A stretch of DNA of 24,266 nucleotides from a virus (Duplodnaviria; Caudoviricetes). This document shows, one piece after another, positions 1 through 6,952 of this stretch (position 1 is its first letter; every line of letters begins with the position of its first letter). The notes beneath the pieces were generated by a model. It did not search any database. It had not been told where the DNA came from and worked only from the letters and a program-made list of their open reading frames with translations. The stretch is from IMG/VR virus record IMGVR_UViG_3300033076_000938, positions 1-24,266 of that record; one strand, 5' to 3'. The translations under genes were made by a program, and so were the position numbers.

Positions 1-177
1 CAATAAAAAAACATCTGCAAATAACCCCGAACGCTTAATGTGCCGCTGCGGCGGGGCCAGGCGGGCATAAATTGTTTTGCTGTTCGCTTCAAGTTTTGCG
101 TTCTCAATAAGCCCGTTTTTAAGGCCGCGATAAACAAAGCTGGCGGCTTTGGATGGGGTTAGGTTTACGTGTCTCAT
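1..177 (-). CDS. Hypothetical protein, truncated by window edge (MRHVNLTPSKAASFVYRGLKNG...)
   Basis: Manual translation: ATG at 177, GGAG 6 nt upstream, open for 59 codons to position 1; starts 1 nt after the upstream stop. Confidence 0.6.
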   Translation of the reverse strand, partial: MRHVNLTPSKAASFVYRGLKNGLIENAKLEANSKTIYARLAPPQRHIKRSGLFADVFLL

Positions 178-178
178 A

Positions 179-328
179 TCAAGCTCCAAAAGTAAAAGCG
201 ACCGATACAATAAAAACAAACATGACAACAGCAAGCGCTGATGTTGCGAGCTCACCCACAAAGCTTAGCGGCTTGTCGCTTTCTGATATCTCGATGAAAA
301 CGGGGTCATTGTCGCTAAACTTACTCAT
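179..328 (-). CDS. Small membrane protein (49 aa, C-terminal hydrophobic helix)
   Basis: ATG at 328 overlaps the end of the upstream gene; C-terminus LATSALAVVMFVFIVSVAFTFGA is a likely transmembrane segment. Confidence 0.6.
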   Translation of the reverse strand: MSKFSDNDPVFIEISESDKPLSFVGELATSALAVVMFVFIVSVAFTFGA

Positions 329-599
329 GACCAACCCCCGCAGTGGCGCACGCCGACAATGCCCGCAGGTAAAGCGCCTGGGCACGTACCTCAGCGTTAA
401 TACTTTGCAAGTACTCTGCAACTCTGGGCTTGATTGAAGCCGCGAAGAGAAAGCCGCAGACCAACCCTGCCTGCTCGCTGGCGCAAACCGGATTAAGGGC
501 AATCGTGCTGCACTCTTTGTCGCGCCGAGCCTGGCGCAGCTTGTTCTGCGCGTAGGTCTTGGCTATGTGTGCTCTACTTTGTGCGTGGGGGTGGGTCAT
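321..599 (-). CDS. Hypothetical protein (92 aa, MTHPHAQ...)
   Basis: ATG at 599 preceded by GGAG; coupled to flanking ORFs. Confidence 0.65.
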   Translation of the reverse strand: MTHPHAQSRAHIAKTYAQNKLRQARRDKECSTIALNPVCASEQAGLVCGFLFAASIKPRVAEYLQSINAEVRAQALYLRALSACATAGVGHE

Positions 600-614
600 T
601 TTAGGCTCCAAATG

Positions 615-830
615 TTAAGCAAGTAGGTTTTGAACTTGCCTAAAAAGATTAAGTAAATCGCCGTCGCCTTCGTCGTCAGCTTCAATCGAGGTGAACTCCC
701 CCCATTGAACGGTCAGGCTAAAGGCTTGCATGTTTATGTTGTGGAGCTCTTCATGCTGAACGTGTTGAACAACCTCGTCGAATTGTTCTCGAGTTGCCTC
801 AGTACTTACGTAAATCGTCACTTTGCTCAT
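615..830 (-). CDS. Small acidic hypothetical protein (71 aa), first gene of the leftward operon
   Basis: GGAG RBS at 837-840, directly downstream of promoter 863-891; 13 D/E versus 3 K/R. Confidence 0.8.
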   Translation of the reverse strand: MSKVTIYVSTEATREQFDEVVQHVQHEELHNINMQAFSLTVQWGEFTSIEADDEGDGDLLNLFRQVQNLLA

Positions 831-853
831 GTTGTGCTCCGTTTGTGTTGTTG

Positions 854-884
854 ATGTGTCACATATTACCCTTAGCGTGTCACG
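854..884. promoter_or_regulatory. Two palindromic operator-like sites ATGTG-T-CACAT (854-864) and CGTG-T-CACG (876-884)
   Basis: Direct reading; centres 21 bp apart; they overlap the -10/start region and the spacer; third copy at 3375-3385. Confidence 0.6.
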
Positions 885-891
885 TTGTCAA
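863..891 (-). promoter_or_regulatory. Leftward sigma70-type promoter TTGACA-17-TAATAT
   Basis: Perfect -35 (891-886), 17-bp spacer, -10 TAATAT (868-863). Confidence 0.8.
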
Positions 892-923
892 CAAGTTTTT
901 ATGGGTTAACCCTTTTCAGTAGG

Positions 924-936
924 TAAACATTTGATT
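924..936 (-). promoter_or_regulatory. IHF-binding consensus site
   Basis: Reverse complement AATCAA-ATGT-TTA matches WATCAANNNNTTR. Confidence 0.55.
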
Positions 937-1190
937 TTATTGATTTACCCAGGTTTTACCCAAAATTACGTGCGAGTTTTTTGGGTAGTAAATAACCCAA
1001 TTCTAAAAAATCACATCCAAAAAGGTTGGGTACCCGGAGGTATAGAGCTGGCGCGGGTCTTGGGGATTTTACCCAGAAACCCAGAGATTTTCCCTATTCC
1101 CCGCCCACAGTGTGCTTTACACCTATCCCTATATTCCCCCCTTTATATACCACCACACAATATATTTTAAGGGTATAGAGTTAAGGTCTG

Positions 1191-1203
1191 TAAGTGATTG
1201 ATT
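1191..1203 (-). promoter_or_regulatory. IHF-binding consensus site
   Basis: Reverse complement AATCAA-TCAC-TTA matches WATCAANNNNTTR. Confidence 0.55.
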
Positions 1204-1277
1204 TTAAAAGTAGAAAAGATTACCCAAAAATTTACCCAGTTTTTTGCAAGTTTTTTCTGGGTATTTTATAAAAACGC

Positions 1278-1306
1278 TTGACGTTTGAACGTTTTTGTGC
1301 CAGATT
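1278..1306 (+). promoter_or_regulatory. Rightward promoter TTGACG-17-(TGc)CAGATT for the ParB/terminase/structural operon
   Basis: -35 at 1278-1283, TG extension 1298-1299, -10 at 1301-1306, AT-rich UP-like tract upstream. Confidence 0.55.
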
Positions 1307-1322
1307 GTGGGTGACGTCAAAA

Positions 1323-1422
1323 CCTGGGGGAAGCCCTCGGGGTGGGTAGTGGGCCAGCCGTGCTGGCAGGCCACGGGCTAGGGCGAGGGTGCTAAGCTGC
1401 GTGGCCACTTCGGATAATCGAA
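1323..1422 (+). other. GC-rich structured 5' leader (multiple hairpins)
   Basis: Stems CCUGGGGG/CCCUCGGG (1323-1341), GCCAGC/GCUGGC (1353-1367), GGCCACG/CGUGGCC (1369-1406), UUCGG/UCGAA (1409-1422). Confidence 0.45.
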
Positions 1423-1998
1423 ATGGACAGGAAAGACCCTGCGGCAAACGTCGAGTATTGGGCGATCGAAAGGTTGGTGCCGTACGCAAAAAACTCACGC
1501 ACTCACAGCGATGCCCAGGTTGCGCAAATTGCCGCCAGCATCAAGGAGTGGGGGTTTACTAACCCCGTGCTTGTCGACGAGCATGGAGGCATCATTGCAG
1601 GCCATGGCCGAGTACAAGCCGCCCGAAAACTATGCCTTGAAACAATACCCGTGGTGGTAGCCCGTGGATGGTCAGAAGCCCAGAAACGAGCTTACGTTAT
1701 CGCAGACAACAAGCTTGCGCTTAATGCAGGTTGGGATGATGCGCTTCTGAGCTTGGAACTTGGGGAATTGGGGGGAATTGGCTTTGACCTCGAGTTGACC
1801 GGATTTAGCGAGGGGGAACTTGAGGAATTGCTGGGGTCTTTTGAAGCCGAGGAATTGGACGAGGGCTTGCCTAAAGAATTTACTGGCGGTTCTGAAGACC
1901 ACTGGCAATTGTTGGTTGAGTACCCGAACGAGGTCGCTCTTGCAAAAGCTTTCGACGATGCAAAGAAAAAAGGTTTAACATGCAAGATTATCATGTGA
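1423..1998 (+). CDS. ParB/Sulfiredoxin-like N-terminal domain protein with acidic C-terminal tail; no methylase domain
   Basis: Motifs LVPYAKNSRTH, ASIKEWGFTNPVLVD, IIAGHGR, IADNKL, typical of phage ParB-like domains found next to terminase. Confidence 0.9.
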   Translation: MDRKDPAANVEYWAIERLVPYAKNSRTHSDAQVAQIAASIKEWGFTNPVLVDEHGGIIAGHGRVQAARKLCLETIPVVVARGWSEAQKRAYVIADNKLALNAGWDDALLSLELGELGGIGFDLELTGFSEGELEELLGSFEAEELDEGLPKEFTGGSEDHWQLLVEYPNEVALAKAFDDAKKKGLTCKIIM

Positions 1999-3080
1999 AA
2001 TTGGAATGCACGGCATCTGAAAGCTTTCGATGCGCCATGGCCGCCAATAGCTTGGATATTGATGTTTCTAAAAAATTGGTTCATGAATTAAACATATCAG
2101 CAGATTTAAAGACGCCTTGGAACGTAGGTTTAATAATCGGGGCCTCAGGTAGTGGAAAAACCACTTTAGCTAAGCACATTTTTGGGGATAAGTGCTTTGA
2201 ATTTGGAATTGATGAAAGCAAAACGGTTTTAGACCAATTTCCAGATAATTGGAGTTACGAGCAATGCCAGAATGCTTTAAATGGAATTGGACTATCCCAA
2301 GTGCCATGTTGGATAAAACCGATAGCGACTCTATCCAATGGCCAAAAAAGTAGGGCGATAGCAGCCCTCCAACTCGCTTCAAATTCTAATTTGATTTTGG
2401 ATGAATGGACTTCCGTTGTTGATAGAACTGTGGCTAAAGCCATGTCCCACTCTTTGCAAAAGCACGCGCGATCTAATTCTAAGCAAGTTGTAGCAGTTTC
2501 ATGCCATTACGATGTGGCCGATTGGTTAAACCCAGATTGGGTTATAGATTGCAACAAAAGCGCCTATATAGACCGGAGGTTACTTTGGCGAAACTTTGAA
2601 AGACCAGAAAAACTACAATTCGACATCAGGACTATCGGGCGGGAAAGCTGGGGATATTTTAGCAAGTATCATTATTTGAGCGAAAAACTGCCCGGGGGTC
2701 ACGTTAAATTTTTTGGTTTATTCGCGGGGGAAGACCAAATAGGTTTTGTCTGCTATGCTAATTACGTGCCTTGGAAAAAAGGCGAAAAAATTAAAATGCA
2801 CATGAACCGCATCGTAATTCACCCAGATTATACGGGTTTAGGTTTGGGCATTAAATTTATAGAGAGGACCGCGCGGGTTATGCATGAAGAAGGTGCAGAG
2901 GTTTGGAGTAAATTTAGTAGCGTTCCAATCGCTCGTTGTTTTTCAAAAAGCCCAAATTGGGTTTTAGTAAATGTTCAGCGTTTTAGAAAAAGCGGGTCAG
3001 ATGGAATGCAAAGAAAAACAGGTTTTAGAAACGCTATCAAAACCTATTCTTACCGCTTTAATCCAGTTTTACCCCAATAG
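1980..3080 (+). CDS. ABC-type ATPase fused to a GNAT (Mom-like) acetyltransferase
   Basis: Walker A GASGSGKTT, signature LSNGQKSR, Walker B LILDE, H-loop VSCH; C-terminal KYHYLS and acetyl-CoA-binding motif RIVIHPDYTGLGLG. Confidence 0.85.
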   Translation: MQDYHVKLECTASESFRCAMAANSLDIDVSKKLVHELNISADLKTPWNVGLIIGASGSGKTTLAKHIFGDKCFEFGIDESKTVLDQFPDNWSYEQCQNALNGIGLSQVPCWIKPIATLSNGQKSRAIAALQLASNSNLILDEWTSVVDRTVAKAMSHSLQKHARSNSKQVVAVSCHYDVADWLNPDWVIDCNKSAYIDRRLLWRNFERPEKLQFDIRTIGRESWGYFSKYHYLSEKLPGGHVKFFGLFAGEDQIGFVCYANYVPWKKGEKIKMHMNRIVIHPDYTGLGLGIKFIERTARVMHEEGAEVWSKFSSVPIARCFSKSPNWVLVNVQRFRKSGSDGMQRKTGFRNAIKTYSYRFNPVLPQ

Positions 3081-3336
3081 CCGCTATGTACTCAAACCGC
3101 CCGTTATACAATTGTTGCGCTTCTATGGGGGAGCTATCTAGGGGGATTTTTTCAAATGAAACTACCCTTCCTTTTAGTACTTCCCCAGAATACCCCAATC
3201 GCAGGGTTACTTCCCTGCCGATTTTACAAACCTGTTCATTCCAACGCGGGCCATACCCCCTAAATTCTAAGTTTTTGGTGCCATTCTTAAAATCCGTGAA
3301 CCAATTCTTTTTCAAAGGTACAAACAGGGGTTTCAT
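3058..3336 (-). CDS. ASCH (PUA-like) domain protein, 92 aa
   Basis: GTKNLEFR matches the ASCH GxKxxExR motif; ATG at 3336 with GGAG 6 nt upstream; own promoter at 3363-3391. Confidence 0.8.
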   Translation of the reverse strand: MKPLFVPLKKNWFTDFKNGTKNLEFRGYGPRWNEQVCKIGREVTLRLGYSGEVLKGRVVSFEKIPLDSSPIEAQQLYNGRFEYIAAIGVKLD

Positions 3337-3362
3337 GGTATTCTCCACTAAATTGATGTTTA

Positions 3363-3391
3363 ATTGTATCACTTACGTGTCACGTTGTAAA
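3363..3391 (-). promoter_or_regulatory. Leftward promoter TTTACA-17-(TGa)TACAAT with palindrome ACGTG-T-CACGT in the spacer
   Basis: -35 at 3391-3386, -10 at 3368-3363; shares CGTGTCACGTTGT with promoter 863-891. Confidence 0.75.
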
Positions 3392-3401
3392 GAGGTGGAA
3401 A

Positions 3402-3857
3402 ATGCCTGAACGTAAACCGCTTACTGCTAAACAGGAGAAATTTGCCCAGGCCATCGCGGATGGTATGAAGCAGGCGGAGGCTTACCGCCATGCTTACAAT
3501 GCGCAGAACATGAAGCCGGAGACGATACACCAGCAGGCGTCTCGCATTGTTGCAGACCGCAACGTTGCCGCAAGGATTGCAGAGTTGCGCAGCAAACTCG
3601 AAAAGAAAGCATTGTGGACGCGCGAAATGAGCGTAAAAGCGCTTGCGGAAGCTTTCCAAATAGCTAGGACTGGGAAGAACGCCCAGGCGATGACAGGGGC
3701 CGTCAAAGAGCTCAACGCGATGCATGGGTTTAACGCGCCCGAGAAGGTGGAGCTGACCGGAAAGGACGGAACGCCCTTGATGCCTTCCGTGCCCGCTGAA
3801 TTGCCCCAGGGGGTGGCCGAATTGGCCGATCTTTACCAGAAGCTAACGCGGCGCTAG
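3402..3857 (+). CDS. terS: Terminase small subunit
   Basis: LTAKQEKFAQ...AEAYRHAY...QASRI...VAARIAELR pattern; GAGG RBS; directly upstream of terL. Confidence 0.9.
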   Translation: MPERKPLTAKQEKFAQAIADGMKQAEAYRHAYNAQNMKPETIHQQASRIVADRNVAARIAELRSKLEKKALWTREMSVKALAEAFQIARTGKNAQAMTGAVKELNAMHGFNAPEKVELTGKDGTPLMPSVPAELPQGVAELADLYQKLTRR

Positions 3858-3865
3858 GCCCCGGC

Positions 3866-5479
3866 GTGGAAGGATTCGACTACCTCAACCCCGATTACGC
3901 GGGGGTGCTGCGCAAGCGTTTGGAGCTGCTGCGGACGATACGCGAGTGCCCTGACCAACTGCCCATGCTTAAGGCATACTACAAGTTGCACCCCTGGCAG
4001 TTCATTGAGGATTGGGGAGTGACCTACGACCCCCGCAACTTAGAACGCGGCTTGCCCGCCACCATTCCGTTTATCCCGTTTCCGCGCCAGGTTGAGCTGG
4101 TCAAATGGATATTGGATAGCTGGCAGGGGCGGCGTGAAGACGGCATAGTGCCCAAGAGCCGCGATGTGGGCGCTTCCTGGGTTGCCATCGCCTTGAGCTG
4201 CACGCTGTGTTTGTTTTATAAAGGCATGGCCATCGGCTTTGGGTCTCGCAAAGAAGAGTATGTGGACCGCCTGGATAGCCCCAAATCGTTGTTTTACAAA
4301 GCTCGAGTGTTTCTCGACAATTTGCCCGAAGAGTTTCGAGGCGGCTGGAACCGCGACAAACATGGCGCGTTTATGCGCATCACCTTTCCCGAGACGGGCT
4401 CGGTAATGACGGGCGAGGCGGGGGATAACATCGGGCGAGGCGATCGCACCGCGATCTACTTTGTCGACGAAAGCGCGCACTTGGAGCGCCCGCAGCGTGC
4501 CGAGGAATCGCTTTCGGCTACGACCAACTGCCGCATTGACTTGTCGAGCGTTAATGGTCCGGCCACCCCTTTTTCTGTGAAGCGCCGCACCTGGCCAGAG
4601 CGCAAAGTTTTTACAATGCACTGGTGGCACGATCCCCGCAAGGACGGGGCGTGGCGCCGGAATTTGGAGGCCACAAAAGACCCCCAAGTCATCGCGCAAG
4701 AGTACGATTTGGACGAAAACACGAGCGTTGAGGGCGTTTTGATACCCTCGGCCTGGGCCCAGGCAGCCGTGGGTGCTCACATCAAGCTGGGAATTGACGT
4801 CGCGGGCGAGCGCTTTGGCGGTTTGGATGTGGCAGACGAGGGCAAAGACAAGAACGCTTTCGCGGGGCGGCACGGCATCCTGCTCGGCTACTTGCAGCAG
4901 TGGAGCGGCAAAGGCGGGGACATCTACGCTACGGTTGAGCACGCTTTTGAATGCTGCGACGAATTTGGAGCTCGAGCTTTCAACTATGACGCGGATGGCC
5001 TGGGCGCAGGGGTGCGCGGGGATGCCCGCAAGATTAACGAAGCCCGCAGCAACCAAGTGGAGGCGCTTAAATTCCAAGGCAGCGCGGGTGTGGTAGAGCC
5101 AGAAGCCAAGATACCCCAGGCTGATGGTGACGAAAGCAGGGACCTTAACGAGCGCACAAACAAGGATTACTTTGCAAACCTCAAAGCTCAAAGCTGGTGG
5201 TCTCTGCGGATGCGTTTCCAACGCACCTACCGCGCAGTGGCGCTCGGGCATCAGATACAAGACCCATCGCTGCTAATAAGCATTGACCCAAACCTACCCG
5301 CGCTCGACGCGCTGCTTGTTGAGCTTGCCCAGCCCACGTACAAGAAGGATGGGGCGGGGCGTTTGTTGATTGACAAGAAGCCTGAAGGGGCGGCCTCGCC
5401 AAACTTGGCGGATGCTGTTATGATTTGTTACGCACCGCGTGAAGAAAGGCGCGCGAGTTTCTTTGACCTGGATTGGTGA
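3866..5479 (+). CDS. terL: Terminase large subunit
   Basis: Walker A-like PKSRDVGASW, Walker B IYFVDE, nuclease GLDVADEGKD and SPNLADA. Confidence 0.95.
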   Translation: MEGFDYLNPDYAGVLRKRLELLRTIRECPDQLPMLKAYYKLHPWQFIEDWGVTYDPRNLERGLPATIPFIPFPRQVELVKWILDSWQGRREDGIVPKSRDVGASWVAIALSCTLCLFYKGMAIGFGSRKEEYVDRLDSPKSLFYKARVFLDNLPEEFRGGWNRDKHGAFMRITFPETGSVMTGEAGDNIGRGDRTAIYFVDESAHLERPQRAEESLSATTNCRIDLSSVNGPATPFSVKRRTWPERKVFTMHWWHDPRKDGAWRRNLEATKDPQVIAQEYDLDENTSVEGVLIPSAWAQAAVGAHIKLGIDVAGERFGGLDVADEGKDKNAFAGRHGILLGYLQQWSGKGGDIYATVEHAFECCDEFGARAFNYDADGLGAGVRGDARKINEARSNQVEALKFQGSAGVVEPEAKIPQADGDESRDLNERTNKDYFANLKAQSWWSLRMRFQRTYRAVALGHQIQDPSLLISIDPNLPALDALLVELAQPTYKKDGAGRLLIDKKPEGAASPNLADAVMICYAPREERRASFFDLDW

Positions 5480-5482
5480 GAC

Positions 5483-6952
5483 ATGTGGCCATTTAGCAAA
5501 CCTAAGCAACCGCCCGAAGTGCCCGCGCCTATGCCCGAGCGCGAGACCCTGGGCATGTTCAGCACCGATTGGCCACACCCCCAACGCCTAGGGTTGGGCT
5601 CAGAAGCGCTGAGCGCACGGGCTTTCGTTAAGCAAGGCCCATTGGCCCAGGGCATGGACGCGGCCAACGTTTTTGGCTTTGGGGCGTTGAGCGTACCGGA
5701 AGCCCAGGCATCGTGGTACGTTAGCCAGGGGTTCATCGGCTACCAAATGTGTGCCGTGCTGGCCCAGCATTGGCTGATTAACAAAGCCTGCTTAATCCCC
5801 GCGCGCGATGCTATTCGGCACGGCTTCAAGATCACGGTTAATGGCGGCGAGGTAAAGCCGGAAGTCATCGAAGCGCTCACCAAAGCCAACAAGAGGTACC
5901 GCCTTGACGCAAAGTTGGTGGAGTTTGTCAAGATGGGTCGCGTGTTTGGCATTCGTCTCGCCCTGTGCGTCGTTGATAACCCAGACCCTGAATATTATTC
6001 AAAGCCATTCAACATCGACAGCGTCACCCCGGGCAGCTACAAAGGTATCGTTCAAATTGACCCGTATTGGGTAACGCCAGAGCTTACCGAAGTCAACACA
6101 AGTGATCCGACAAGCCCGAATTTTTACGAGCCCACTTATTGGAATGTGTGGGGGCGCAGGTACCACAAAAGCCATTTTGTCATCATGCGCGGCCCCGAGG
6201 TGGGGGACGTGCTCAAGCCTTCCTACTTGTTTGGAGGCCTGAGTGTGCCTCAGATGATTTACGAGCGGGTGTATGCAGCGGAACGCACGGCTAACGAAGC
6301 ACCGCAACTCGCGATGACGAAGCGCACCACCACGCTGTACACAGACTTGGCCAAGACCATGGCAGACCCTGCCAAATTCAACCGCAGCCTAGAGCGCTGG
6401 GCGCAGCTGCGCGACAATTACGGCGTGAAGGTGGCAGACACGAACGACCGCGTGGAACAGTCGGACACGGGCTTGGCCGATCTTGATGCGGTCATTATGA
6501 CGCAGTACCAGATCGTGGCCGCCGCCGCTAACATCCCAGCCACCAAGCTGCTGGGCACCACTCCCAAGGGCTTTAATGCAACGGGCGATTATGAGGCGGA
6601 CAGCTATCACGAAGAACTTGAAAGCATCCAAACAAATGACATGGAGCCGCTGGTGGTGAGGCACTTGCAATGCGTCATGCGTAGCGAGGTCTGCCCGCGC
6701 TTTGGCATCAAACCTTTTGATTTTGACGTGACGTGGGAGCCTGTAAAATCGACGAGTGCGGCAGACCTGGCCGCCACCAACTTGGCCAAGGCCAACGCTG
6801 CTAAAATTTACGCGGTGGACATCGGCGCAGTAGAAGCTGCCGAGGTGCGCGCGCAATTGGCCGCCGACGAGCACAGTGGTTTCAATGGCTTGGCCGAACT
6901 GCAGGACTTAGACCCAGATGCTGACGAAGAAGCGCAAAACATGGGCGGCTAA
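5483..6952 (+). CDS. Portal protein (DUF1073-type)
   Basis: Position after terL; GRVFG, IPATKLLGTTPKGFNATGD motifs; 489 aa. Confidence 0.9.
   Translation: MWPFSKPKQPPEVPAPMPERETLGMFSTDWPHPQRLGLGSEALSARAFVKQGPLAQGMDAANVFGFGALSVPEAQASWYVSQGFIGYQMCAVLAQHWLINKACLIPARDAIRHGFKITVNGGEVKPEVIEALTKANKRYRLDAKLVEFVKMGRVFGIRLALCVVDNPDPEYYSKPFNIDSVTPGSYKGIVQIDPYWVTPELTEVNTSDPTSPNFYEPTYWNVWGRRYHKSHFVIMRGPEVGDVLKPSYLFGGLSVPQMIYERVYAAERTANEAPQLAMTKRTTTLYTDLAKTMADPAKFNRSLERWAQLRDNYGVKVADTNDRVEQSDTGLADLDAVIMTQYQIVAAAANIPATKLLGTTPKGFNATGDYEADSYHEELESIQTNDMEPLVVRHLQCVMRSEVCPRFGIKPFDFDVTWEPVKSTSAADLAATNLAKANAAKIYAVDIGAVEAAEVRAQLAADEHSGFNGLAELQDLDPDADEEAQNMGG

Larger units (their letters stand above)
901..1265. 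repeat. AT-rich non-coding region with dispersed (TT)TACCCA repeats in both orientations; candidate origin or packaging site
   Basis: TTTACCCAG 944-952, 1068-1076, 1231-1239; TTTACCCAA 955-963; TTACCCAA 1220-1227; inverted TGGGTA 982-987, 1027-1032, 1258-1263; palindromes GGGTTAACCC 903-912 and GGGTACCC 1028-1035. Confidence 0.7.

Noticed and set aside
901-1265. CRISPR array interpretation of the repeats
   Set aside because: Repeats are only 6-9 bp, irregularly spaced and in both orientations
1292-1320. Leftward TTGACG and palindrome TGACGTCA (1312-1319)
   Set aside because: No credible -10 at 17 bp; single copy, different from the GTGTCAC operator
931-1498. ORFs 931-1170 (+) and 1232-1498 (-)
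   Set aside because: They span the repeat/promoter region, lack a clear RBS and have low-complexity translations
1423-1998. ParABS plasmid-partition system
   Set aside because: No ParA in the window and no evident HTH domain; sequence matches the terminase-associated ParB-like class
1980-3080. ABC transporter subunit
   Set aside because: No permease or substrate-binding gene nearby; fused to a GNAT domain in a phage packaging context
4040-5260. 406-aa antisense ORF within terL
   Set aside because: Shadow frame expected from GC-rich codon bias; no recognisable motifs
5483-6952. Anti-CBASS Acb1 activity, a label sometimes given to DUF1073 portals
   Set aside because: No C-terminal 2H phosphoesterase domain with paired HxT motifs; the protein ends after the portal region
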